Source of the DNA: Candidatus Kerfeldbacteria bacterium
Lineage (GTDB): Bacteria; Patescibacteriota; Patescibacteriia; SBBC01; CAIJZX01
Length of the DNA stretch: 64,000 bases
Assembly: GCA_903825245.1 (NCBI GenBank)
Contig: CAIJZX010000028.1
Span: 1,106-65,105, forward strand
Reading direction: 5' to 3'
This document shows, in pieces, positions 21,942 through 31,144 of the stretch. Position numbers and translations under genes: made by a program. Under the pieces are notes generated by a model. It had not been told where the DNA came from. It did no database searches and saw nothing but the letters and a program-made list of their open reading frames with translations. How positions within the stretch are numbered: position 1 is the stretch's first letter; the number at the start of each line of letters is the position of its first letter.

Positions 21942-23162
21942 ATGCCAAAAAAAGTAGTCAAGAGCAGTAAGCATCCAGCGCCGAAAAAGCACCCGGCAGC
22001 GAAACGAAACAAATCGAATAAGCGATACGTCGCAAAAACAGCGCCGCGTGCTCCGCGACCACCACGACCGGTGATCACGCCGGAAACTATTGCCGATCTT
22101 GTGCGAAAAGGACGCCAACGCGGTTTCTTAACCGAGACCGAGTTATTGTATGCCTTTCCGGATCTTGAGAATTATATTGACCAGTATGAAGGCGCGCTCG
22201 ATGAGTTTGAAAAGAACGGCGTCCAAATCGTAGAAAATGCCGGCAGCATTCTCGAGCCGGTCAAGCCGTCATTTCTCGAACCAGCACACGCCAAGAAACA
22301 TTTGCCGACTGATGAGCGCCATTTTGATTTAGGTGATATTTCTGGCGACTCGATTCAAATGTACTTACGAGAAATTGGTAAAGTCCCATTGCTCACCGGT
22401 GAAGAAGAGGTCTCGTTAGCCAAGCGCAAAGAAGCTGGAGATGTTGAAGCTTCGAAGCGTCTCGTTGAGGCTAACCTTCGACTCGTTGTTTCGATCGCTA
22501 AGAAGTTTACCGGACGATCACTGTCACTACTTGATCTTATTCAAGAAGGGAATATTGGGTTGTTTCGGGCAGTTGAAAAATTTGATTATCGTAAAGGGTA
22601 TAAGTTTTCAACGTATGCCACCTGGTGGATTCGACAAGCGATCACTCGCGCCCTTGCCGATCAATCCCGCACCATCCGTATTCCGGTGCACATGGTTGAA
22701 ACGATCAATAAGTTCCAGCAGATCCAGCGCCAACTCATTCAGGACCTCGGTCGTGAACCGCTGCCGGAAGAAATTGCCGCGGAAATGGGCGAGCCAATCG
22801 ACAAGATCCGCCACGTCATGAAAATTTCTCAAGACACGGTATCGTTGGAAACATCGGTTGGTGAGGACGATGAAGACTCGACACTCGGTGACTTCATCGA
22901 AGACGTTAAAACAGTGTCGCCGGATAAAGTGGCCGCTCTGCAACTGTTGCGCGATGATGTTCGCACGATTATCGAATCGCTCAGTCCGCGTGAACAGAAA
23001 ATTCTGGAAATGCGCTTTGGATTAAATGACGGTGTGGCACACACACTTGAAGAAGTCGGTCAGGAGTTCGGCGTCACGAGAGAGCGTATTCGCCAAATCG
23101 AATCGAAAGCGCTGGAGAAAATCCAACAGCATCAGCACATGCGGAAACTTAAAGACTATTAG
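21942..23162 (+). CDS. rpoD: primary sigma factor
   Basis: [36 protein letters not shown]. Confidence 0.97.
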   Translation: MPKKVVKSSKHPAPKKHPAAKRNKSNKRYVAKTAPRAPRPPRPVITPETIADLVRKGRQRGFLTETELLYAFPDLENYIDQYEGALDEFEKNGVQIVENAGSILEPVKPSFLEPAHAKKHLPTDERHFDLGDISGDSIQMYLREIGKVPLLTGEEEVSLAKRKEAGDVEASKRLVEANLRLVVSIAKKFTGRSLSLLDLIQEGNIGLFRAVEKFDYRKGYKFSTYATWWIRQAITRALADQSRTIRIPVHMVETINKFQQIQRQLIQDLGREPLPEEIAAEMGEPIDKIRHVMKISQDTVSLETSVGEDDEDSTLGDFIEDVKTVSPDKVAALQLLRDDVRTIIESLSPREQKILEMRFGLNDGVAHTLEEVGQEFGVTRERIRQIESKALEKIQQHQHMRKLKDY

Positions 23163-23324
23163 AACACCCCCAGTCCTACGGACAACCCCCTCCCACGACT
23201 ACCCCATACTCACTTCGCTCGACCCCTCCTCGCAAAGGAGGGGTTTGGGGGGCGCTGAAAAGACTGACCGTTGACGAGAATAGCATTTTTCCTTATACTC
23301 CTCCTGTTCTTGAACACTGTTGAT

Positions 23325-23396
23325 TCCCAGGTAGCTCAATGGTAGAGCAATCGGCTGTTAACCGATTGGTTCTCGGTTCGAATCCGAGCCTGGGAG
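23325..23396 (+). tRNA. tRNA-Asn(GTT), no encoded CCA
   Basis: Complete cloverleaf; TTGACG-N17-TATACT promoter at 23272. Confidence 0.93.
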
Positions 23397-23586
23397 GTTA
23401 GAGGAGAAGTTGCCCGGCGACCGACCCCTATCCAAACCGCCCCACTGCCTTAGCCAAATTCTCTCGTCCCTCACATCGTCGAATTTTCCAAAAGCGTCAA
23501 AGATGAGGAGACTAGGCACGATATTCGAACCAGTCCATTTCCTGTAGAATAGTAGAATCTTTGAAAACATTTTGAGCGCTATTGAT

Positions 23587-23661
23587 TCCCAGGTAGCTCA
23601 GCGGTAGAGCAATCGGCTGTTAACCGATTGGTCGTCGGTTCGAATCCGACCCTGGGAGCCA
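23587..23661 (+). tRNA. tRNA-Asn(GTT) with CCA
   Basis: Complete cloverleaf; ATCGG-CTGTTAA-CCGAT. Confidence 0.97.
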
Positions 23662-23676
23662 AGAGCGTTTGAGGTG

Positions 23677-23720
23677 AGTTTACACGGAAAATCACAGGTT
23701 CGAATCCTGTCCCCGGGTAC
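23677..23720 (+). pseudogene. tRNA 3' remnant, possibly Val(TAC)-derived
   Basis: TTTACAC followed by an intact T-arm ACAGG-TTCGAAT-CCTGT; no D-arm or acceptor pairing. Confidence 0.55.
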
Positions 23721-23759
23721 GGTGGGGATTTTGGTTTACAAAAGTGATACAATTGAACC

Positions 23760-24338
23760 ATGACACTCATTAAGTACCAGGAGTTCCTACTTCACTTTCC
23801 GACATCAGAACAAAGGATCTTCCATCTCGGTACAATTACGGAAAGATATTTTTACATGTCTGAAGATCAGGTTGAGGAGTTTCAAAAAGAGCTTGCCGCA
23901 GTATTTGACCCATCAAGAAGATTCACTAAACCCGCTGATAGGCTGTACTCGTTCTGTTTTGGTTTCTATTCCCTGATAAGGGTTACTCTAGAAGCAACGT
24001 ACAAACTGAATCAATACTTTGACAAGAAGTATAGTAACCAGGAATTACAGCAATACCGTGAAGATTGGTTTACACGGATTGACGCAATAAGGCAGATAGC
24101 AAATGATATCGTCAAACATCCCCTCGATGATGAGACAAGAAAGAAAGATTACTTTTTTGAACCAGGAGGCTCAGATAGCATGGGGTCTGTTACCATCTAC
24201 AAATGGTGGATCGACCCCCAAAAAGAGATGGATTTCTCCAAAGAGATAAAACCAGCAATAGATTTGCAAACCGTCTTTGATTATCTAGAAGGGCTTGCCG
24301 AAAAGTACTCAGCCGTTCTGGGTGCAGTGGTAAAATAA
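23760..24338 (+). CDS. hypothetical protein
   Basis: 192-aa AT-rich ORF; TACAAT-N6-ATG. Confidence 0.7.
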   Translation: MTLIKYQEFLLHFPTSEQRIFHLGTITERYFYMSEDQVEEFQKELAAVFDPSRRFTKPADRLYSFCFGFYSLIRVTLEATYKLNQYFDKKYSNQELQQYREDWFTRIDAIRQIANDIVKHPLDDETRKKDYFFEPGGSDSMGSVTIYKWWIDPQKEMDFSKEIKPAIDLQTVFDYLEGLAEKYSAVLGAVVK

Positions 24339-24396
24339 GTTCCAAGGTACAAAATAGAACCGAAGTCTCTTTCAAGTATTACCTACATAAGCCAGT

Positions 24397-25305
24397 ATGA
24401 AAATAGTAAAACCTATAAAGGCAGACATTGTTTGGCATACTTGGCTTCAAAGCGAGTGGTTTAGAATTGAGCAAGATAATCACGAAATTTCTCATCTAAT
24501 ACCCCTTGTTCTCAATCCAAACTTTGGAGATGAGAACGAAAACAAAATAAGGTTAGAAACCCTAAGATTACGCAGGGGTCTTATAATTGATAAAATGCCT
24601 GATGGGACTAATTGGTTTGAAGTAGAAATTGAAGAAAAAGATATAAATAACTTATTTATTATCCCTTCTCCCGATTGGTTTATGGATACGAATGGGACAT
24701 TCAAATTATCTGCGCTTGGAGAGAACCTAAAGCCTGGTCGTGGTTCACGAATTCATGGTATGGAAAATATTGATCACTTCCAAGAAGTTCAGCGAAAGGT
24801 TAAGTATCTTTCTGAACATTCAGAAATCGAATCTCAGGAGTTGCCCATTATTATTGCTACTCAAAACTCCGGACCATACACAATTATTGATGGCACTCAT
24901 CGAGTGGGTGCCTGGCTTCAAACCAATAAGGCTTTTCACTGGAAGATGTACTTGGCCGTGAACTCGGCCTTTGATAATTACGTTTTTAATGCTGATGGTA
25001 ATCAAGTCCACAATACAATCACTGAGCTACAGAAAAATCCTACAATTTCTGTCATTCTTGTAACAATTATCGACTTTGTTGCCTTCCTCCCCACATATCG
25101 AAAAAGCTATGAGGAGCCACACACCGAGACCATCACGACCTATTTCCTGAGTGGAGCATCCAGTCTTGTCGCCCTATTCGCACTCGCTGAGTATTCAGTC
25201 GCTACATCGCTTTACGTATCTAGTCTAGTAATAACAAACGCCGTAGTTGTAGTGATTCTAGTGATACGAAGAAAGAGCGTTAAACAATCAACGGGCATCA
25301 TTTAG
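24397..25305 (+). CDS. chimeric ORF: ParB/Srx-like soluble domain fused to a membrane-protein C-terminal fragment
   Basis: IIDGTHR motif; the last ~85 aa match the C-terminal half of 45673-46260. Confidence 0.65.
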   Translation: MKIVKPIKADIVWHTWLQSEWFRIEQDNHEISHLIPLVLNPNFGDENENKIRLETLRLRRGLIIDKMPDGTNWFEVEIEEKDINNLFIIPSPDWFMDTNGTFKLSALGENLKPGRGSRIHGMENIDHFQEVQRKVKYLSEHSEIESQELPIIIATQNSGPYTIIDGTHRVGAWLQTNKAFHWKMYLAVNSAFDNYVFNADGNQVHNTITELQKNPTISVILVTIIDFVAFLPTYRKSYEEPHTETITTYFLSGASSLVALFALAEYSVATSLYVSSLVITNAVVVVILVIRRKSVKQSTGII

Positions 25306-25312
25306 CGATCCA

Positions 25313-25411
25313 CGACCCACCCGCTTCAACTCCTCTCTTGAAAAATCGTCCGAAAAACCCTTAAAAGTCTATTTTGAGACAGTCCTGAAACAGCCTTAAG
25401 AAGTGTCTCAA
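25313..25411. repeat. partial copy of the intergenic repeat plus TTGAGACA…TGTCTCAA motif
   Basis: CGACCCAC…GAAAAATCGTC.GAAAA.CCCTTA; CCTTAAGAAGTG shared with 15878-15904. Confidence 0.7.
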
Positions 25412-25542
25412 GTTTCTCAAAATCTGCTACAATAGCCGAAAGACCGCCTAATTCCTTGTAAGGCTCCAAATCCAGACCGGAGTGGCGAGCCAACAGTGTT
25501 TTTAGTATCAACAACCAGGCGCCTGGAATGATTGCGATGCGA

Positions 25543-26025
25543 TTACGAGCTGGTTGTACTGGTGGTGTCTGATGTCGTCGGAGCTGTTTCAGCACCGCCG
25601 TGTCCGCCGCCCATGCCGGTGTCCGTGCCGGTCACTTTGTAGTTAGCGTCGAACTTCACGGTAATCTGTGTACCGTCGGCCTTAGTCATATGCGCCTCGT
25701 AGGTCGCGCCTTCGGCGTCGGTTTCAACGCGTTGGATTGTTCCGCCCGGATAGGCGGCGAGTGCAGCGGCTGTCACCTTCGTGGCTGTGTCACCAGTCAG
25801 AAGTGTCTCAGTAATGCCGTTGGCGGTGTGGCCGCCTTTACTGGGGTCGTGTTGTTCAGGAGGCGATGGTGTGGTTGCGGCAGTGGTTGTAGCGGTAGTT
25901 GTTGAATCATCAGTAGTACTTGCGGCATTGGCAGTTACAGTGCGGATGAGTGATCCGCCGAGTCCGCCTATGAGCAAGGCGGTAGCGGCAATTCCGGTGA
26001 CCATCAGATTTTTCTTGGAAGCCAT
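25543..26025 (-). CDS. secreted PepSY-like protein with Thr-rich linkers
   Basis: Signal/TM; AALAAYPGGTIQRVETD…YEAHM…VKFD. Confidence 0.7.
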   Translation of the reverse strand: MASKKNLMVTGIAATALLIGGLGGSLIRTVTANAASTTDDSTTTATTTAATTPSPPEQHDPSKGGHTANGITETLLTGDTATKVTAAALAAYPGGTIQRVETDAEGATYEAHMTKADGTQITVKFDANYKVTGTDTGMGGGHGGAETAPTTSDTTSTTSS

Positions 26026-26163
26026 AGAGCTGTGTCCTTTCGTGTTAGTCACTAAGAAAACCAGCATAACAGTCACAACTGAAATATTGCTTACACTCCT
26101 TCTGGCCAGCGTTAAGAGTATATTTTTTCCGTGTACACAACAGGGTCATGTTATACTTGTGGT

Positions 26164-26634
26164 ATGTTTCGAACAGTCTTTATTACGACATCAAAGAAAA
26201 CATCAGAAGTAGTTTTGGGTACAGGGTTGTTTATCGCGAGTGAATCGCTGTTTATTTTTACTGTCCATAAACTCGGTTGGGCGGTTGCGGCTACACTGTA
26301 TTCCGTTTTTTACAGTGCATTATGCCTGATGATATTTCGCTGGTTTCATCACGAAGCGACTACAGTTTCACGTGTTGGAAATGTCACTCGCTGGATTATT
26401 GCCAAAGGTGCCGCAGTAAAAACAAAATACCACAAACTTTTTAAAACCAGCGCACCGTTAGCAATATTTCTGTTATCGCCGCTCGTGGGCGTGTTTGTGG
26501 TGACGGTCGTTATTGGCTTGCTCGGCTATACGGGAAAACGAGCATATATGATGCTGATTATCCAGACGATTGAATGCGAAATACTTTGGGCGCTGATCTA
26601 TGCCGGCGCTCTGCATCTCGTGATTGGAAAATAA
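26164..26634 (+). CDS. hypothetical membrane protein
   Basis: Hydrophobic; TATACT just upstream of ATG. Confidence 0.65.
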   Translation: MFRTVFITTSKKTSEVVLGTGLFIASESLFIFTVHKLGWAVAATLYSVFYSALCLMIFRWFHHEATTVSRVGNVTRWIIAKGAAVKTKYHKLFKTSAPLAIFLLSPLVGVFVVTVVIGLLGYTGKRAYMMLIIQTIECEILWALIYAGALHLVIGK

Positions 26635-26727
26635 CAACGCGTATATTTAGCCATTAGGTCTCTAGCGGAGTCATTGACTTTATTGGTATACTATGGTTTA
26701 CAACTCTGTTTCATCACCGTAAACCAC

Positions 26728-29112
26728 ATGTCGGATCGATATATTCCCTCAACTATTTTACACGAACTCAAGTCTCACGAATTGGAGGATCGTGATCGAG
26801 CCATGGTTGAAGTTGCCCCGGAGGTTGAGCGGCCAACAGGTGCGTCACTCACACTAGCGGAGCATTTTCGGTTAATCCGAGACACAATCCAGGATGTCGT
26901 GGAGCCGGTACCGGAATTAATTCCGGATAAAGTGACGGAAGACACCCCCGAGGTGAAAGAATTACGTGAGTTATTGACGCCGGAATTGAGCGCGGAACAC
27001 GGCAAAATTCTACGGACATTAGTACGAAAAACACAAGTAAGCGATCAGCATGTAACCAGGGAAATTGTCGATATTGAAGCGTCAGCCACTATCGATATAT
27101 TGGAGCACTGGATTAACGGTGTACTTGCCAATGTTGCTGATCGACGGCCGGATTGGAGTGCCGCTGATCGCGAAGAACTTGAGGCTACGTGCTGGATGTA
27201 CTTCGACGCATTGGGTGTGACGTTGAATACACGCTCGGTCGAGGAAGACGTTCGTCAATTCAAGACGGATCGTCATTTTGAAACAACCGATGGAAAAGAC
27301 CGAACCGCCCTTCGCCAGGAACTACAATCCACCGTTCAGGAACGGTATCAATTATCTGAAGTTGACGCGGCAGCCATGGTCGATCTTGTTGAGGCGCAAG
27401 ACAAGGGTAAGCCATACAATCTTCGCGTGCTGATCGATACCTGTGCGAGATTGTGGAAGGATTACGACCTAGACTCTCAGAAGGGACAATTAGGAAAAAT
27501 TTCATTGGGGTACTTGATCGGCAAAAGTGCTGAGAGTTTTGCGCCATATGTCATGAAGGATCTGTATAAAGAAGGAGGTTTTAATTTTGCAGCCTTTGCT
27601 GAGTTTTGGGGTCTCAACTGGAGCTCGGAAATAATTCAGGCCAAGGCCGGGATTGAATTAGAAAAGGTACTGCAAGATATCGGACAGCGGATTAACGAAC
27701 GGATTGTTAATTCACTTTTTTACGAACAGTTCGAATTTGTTCACGAACGATCGCTTGGTGAAGTGTATACAAAACTTCAGCGCGGCAAGAATGCTGTCAA
27801 AGGGATGGTAGGAGAAGTTACCGGTCGGTTCATTCCAACCTTAGCGGGTACAGGGATGTCGATCGGTTTTCTGACGAAGATTAATCCGGTGTTGGGCGGT
27901 GTTGGTCTTGCCGGCTTACCGATTATGTACCATATTGCCCGTCGTCAAAATGAAGCTCAGCGGCGAATGCAAGATCGATTGGAAAAGCAGGATGAGGCGA
28001 TCATGGGATCCTTAGACAAGGCTATACATGGAATTGAAGAAATTCGTACCTCGGCCGAAGCGCCGACCATTGCCGGTGAGGTGCAAAGTACGATGGATGA
28101 ATCGGAACGTTTGAGTTATACCTGGAACGTCGAATCAACGAAACGGATGATGGCGCGGATGATTCCCTACAACGTTACGAGTCTTGCGGCGGGTGGCATC
28201 GGAACCCTACTGCAACGGATGGGGAAGATCGAACCGGGAGCGGTTTTTTCCAATATTATTTATACGAACCAACTTAATCGACCGCTACAGGAATTGGTAC
28301 GAATTTATTTTGATGATCTCTCGCGCTATGTTCAGGATATCGATCGTATGAACGGCATCCTCAGTGATATTGAATCGCAAGACTTGCCGGACGGTGAACG
28401 CGAACAAGGGCGGACTGCGGTTTCATCCTTGCCGAATGTCGATATTTCTCTCCACGGTGTGGGGTATAAAGATATTTTACGCGATGTTGATATCGATGTT
28501 CATCAGGGTGAATTTGTGACTATCGCTGGTCCATCTGGGGCGGGAAAATCAACACTCTTGAGGACGCTGGTTGGTTTGTACAAACCTACACAAGGGACTA
28601 TTACGATGGGCGGTACGCCGGTCGATGATATTAAACGGTATGGCGCGGACTCGCTCTATGGAGCGATGTCCTATGCCAATCAACGGCCGCAGTATTTCGA
28701 AGACATGACACTGCGACAGAATCTGTTGCTGTGGGCCCGGGAATCGGTTGATGATGGACAAATCAACACAACGCTGAAAGAGCTCCACCTCGATCACTTA
28801 GTGGCACGACTTGATGAAAAAATGAGTAATGCTTCTGGCGGAGAACTGGTGCGAATTGGGGTTGCCCGAACATTGCTTAAAAAACCGCGAATCATGTTAC
28901 TCGATGAACCAACATCCAGCCTCGACTCACAATCTGCCGACGAAGTCCGACGGGTTATTCAGGAGCTGCGCGTCAAACACCCAACAACAACAATTATTTG
29001 TGTCTCACATGACCCGACGTTGATTGCCATGGGAGAGCGAACGATCGAAATCCAAAAAGGAACCGGCATCACCGCTGCTGAACAGCAACCGCTAGAGACC
29101 GTTTCGGTGTAA
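26728..29112 (+). CDS. ABC exporter (TMD+NBD) with long acidic N-terminal extension
   Basis: GPSGAGKST, ASGGE, LLDEPT, SHD. Confidence 0.88.
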   Translation: MSDRYIPSTILHELKSHELEDRDRAMVEVAPEVERPTGASLTLAEHFRLIRDTIQDVVEPVPELIPDKVTEDTPEVKELRELLTPELSAEHGKILRTLVRKTQVSDQHVTREIVDIEASATIDILEHWINGVLANVADRRPDWSAADREELEATCWMYFDALGVTLNTRSVEEDVRQFKTDRHFETTDGKDRTALRQELQSTVQERYQLSEVDAAAMVDLVEAQDKGKPYNLRVLIDTCARLWKDYDLDSQKGQLGKISLGYLIGKSAESFAPYVMKDLYKEGGFNFAAFAEFWGLNWSSEIIQAKAGIELEKVLQDIGQRINERIVNSLFYEQFEFVHERSLGEVYTKLQRGKNAVKGMVGEVTGRFIPTLAGTGMSIGFLTKINPVLGGVGLAGLPIMYHIARRQNEAQRRMQDRLEKQDEAIMGSLDKAIHGIEEIRTSAEAPTIAGEVQSTMDESERLSYTWNVESTKRMMARMIPYNVTSLAAGGIGTLLQRMGKIEPGAVFSNIIYTNQLNRPLQELVRIYFDDLSRYVQDIDRMNGILSDIESQDLPDGEREQGRTAVSSLPNVDISLHGVGYKDILRDVDIDVHQGEFVTIAGPSGAGKSTLLRTLVGLYKPTQGTITMGGTPVDDIKRYGADSLYGAMSYANQRPQYFEDMTLRQNLLLWARESVDDGQINTTLKELHLDHLVARLDEKMSNASGGELVRIGVARTLLKKPRIMLLDEPTSSLDSQSADEVRRVIQELRVKHPTTTIICVSHDPTLIAMGERTIEIQKGTGITAAEQQPLETVSV

Positions 29113-29862
29113 CCACGCGATCGGATCATCCCACGCCGAAAGCTCGCCTTTGGTTTGGACGTAGCCCTTGTAATTGATATTTGCTCCCTTGATAATTCCG
29201 AAGTGGAGGTGCTTTCGTTCGCCGTCAGTTTCGCTTGAGTAACCGGTGCCGAGGACGGCAATTTTTTGTCCCGTCGTGGCTTTGTCGCCTTTCTTAACGG
29301 TGAACGATGTGATGCGTAAATGGCCGAAGAGCGCGGTCACAGTTTCGCCGTTGATGGTGTATTGAATCATCATCACGCCACCATATCCGTTGACATGCCC
29401 AGCGAAAACAACCGTACCATCGGCGATAGAATAAATCGGAACATCCGTTGTCGCCTCAGACGCCGTGGTTTCTGCATCAGCTCCGGTGTGGTAGCCGGTG
29501 AATTTTTCCGGTTGAACTGGCGATGTTTTTGGCGTAATATAGATGCCGAAGGGTTTTTTTGTGACGCGGGAAAAGAAATTCTCGATCGGGACTACTATCT
29601 TTGGAGTAACCGTTGGTTGAGTAACTGGCGGGATTATAGTGGTATTTGAGTTTACTGAGGAGTTCATGTTGGCTGTTGTACTTGTCGTGTTGTCAACAGC
29701 ACTATTTGATATTGGTATAGTAGTATTGTTATTTTCGGTAACATGAGTGTTGATTGTGGTGGAGGCCGGCGTGGTTGTTGATTGTGGACGCGTAAATACA
29801 TAGACACCAGTGCCGACGACAAGCAGGACAATGGCGATCATCAACCATGTTTTTTGTACCAT
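29092..29862 (-). CDS. M23 family peptidase
   Basis: HTGAD and HLH zinc ligands; N-terminal TM. Confidence 0.9.
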   Translation of the reverse strand: MVQKTWLMIAIVLLVVGTGVYVFTRPQSTTTPASTTINTHVTENNNTTIPISNSAVDNTTSTTANMNSSVNSNTTIIPPVTQPTVTPKIVVPIENFFSRVTKKPFGIYITPKTSPVQPEKFTGYHTGADAETTASEATTDVPIYSIADGTVVFAGHVNGYGGVMMIQYTINGETVTALFGHLRITSFTVKKGDKATTGQKIAVLGTGYSSETDGERKHLHFGIIKGANINYKGYVQTKGELSAWDDPIAWLHRNGL

Positions 29863-29959
29863 GTGGATACTATACCAGTCGTCTCCTTGGTTGTATACTG
29901 ACCACGAAAAGCATCAAATATTCAGGAAACCTTCAGATGCTCATAGTTTACTATATCTC

Positions 29960-30385
29960 ATGAAGAAGATTGTCATATCATCGCTTGTGGTTCTCGCGTT
30001 CGTGGCGTACGTCTTGCGTAGTCGTTTTGGCGGCGATCAGACAGCGACGCCAACCTCAAACGCAGCAGCAACGAATGTCGTCCTTGGTACGCCGCCGGTG
30101 ACCTACAAAGATGGCACGTATACGGGATCAGTGGCTGATGCGTTTTATGGCAATATCCAGGTAAAAGCTATTATTACTGGAGCGAAAATTACTGACGTTC
30201 AATTCTTGCAATATCCGAGTGATCGTAGTAATTCGGTGCGTATTAATACTGTAGCCATGCCACTGCTACGACAAGAGGCGCTGCAGGTGCAGACGGCCAA
30301 TGTCCAAACCATCACCGGCGCGACCGCAAGTAGCGGAGCATTCGTTCAGTCGTTGCAGTCCGCACTCAGCCAGGCACAAGTGTAA
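29960..30385 (+). CDS. extracytoplasmic FMN-binding (flavinylated) protein
   Basis: YKDGTYTG; ITGATASS flavinylation motif. Confidence 0.9.
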   Translation: MKKIVISSLVVLAFVAYVLRSRFGGDQTATPTSNAAATNVVLGTPPVTYKDGTYTGSVADAFYGNIQVKAIITGAKITDVQFLQYPSDRSNSVRINTVAMPLLRQEALQVQTANVQTITGATASSGAFVQSLQSALSQAQV

Positions 30386-30397
30386 TACAAATTTCAC

Positions 30398-31144
30398 ATG
30401 AAAGAATCACGATCGATGATGGGTATGCCGATCACGATTGAAGGTGTCGACAACAATGCTTGTTTTTCCGACATCGATCAGGCGTTTGCCTACTTTGACT
30501 ATGTTGATCATACGTTCAGCACCTACAAACCGCAAAGCGAAATTTCTTGTATCAATCGCGGTGAACTGAAGTTGGAAGATGCGGGTGATGATATGCAAAC
30601 GATTTTTCGTTTAGCCGAGCAGACGAAACAAGCAACACATGGTTTCTTTGATATCCACCATGGTGATAGTGTTGATCCGTCGGGGATTGTCAAAGGTTGG
30701 GCAATTGAGCAAGTATCGCAACTATTGCAACGGCTGGAATGGAAAAACTTCACGGTTGAAGCGGGTGGTGATATTGCCGTCGTTGGCCACTTCAGCGGGA
30801 CGACGCCGTGGAAAGTTGGTGTTCGTCATCCATTCGAAATCGAGAAAATTGTTAAAGTACTGTCAATTTCCAATCTCGGTGTCGCAACGTCGGGTACATA
30901 TCTGCGTGGACATCATATTTATAATCCACGAAATGGCGACGTTGTCGTCGCTGACATAGCGAGTTTAACCGTCATTGGCCCGAATATTTATGAGGCCGAT
31001 CGTTTTGCCACCGCTGCATTTGCCATGGGCAGTCAGGGGATTCAGTTTATCGAAAACCTAGCGGGATTCGAAGGATACATGATTGATTCGCACGGAACTG
31101 CTACACTGACCACCGGGTTTGACCACTATTGCCTACCGTCATGA
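30398..31144 (+). CDS. apbE: FAD:protein FMN transferase
   Basis: DPSGIVKGWA, AGGDI, VATSGTY, HIYNP, ADRFATA. Confidence 0.92.
   Translation: MKESRSMMGMPITIEGVDNNACFSDIDQAFAYFDYVDHTFSTYKPQSEISCINRGELKLEDAGDDMQTIFRLAEQTKQATHGFFDIHHGDSVDPSGIVKGWAIEQVSQLLQRLEWKNFTVEAGGDIAVVGHFSGTTPWKVGVRHPFEIEKIVKVLSISNLGVATSGTYLRGHHIYNPRNGDVVVADIASLTVIGPNIYEADRFATAAFAMGSQGIQFIENLAGFEGYMIDSHGTATLTTGFDHYCLPS

Noticed and set aside
25430-25500. Possible ncRNA after a TACAAT box
   Set aside because: No recognisable family or convincing fold by eye; an Rfam search would be needed.
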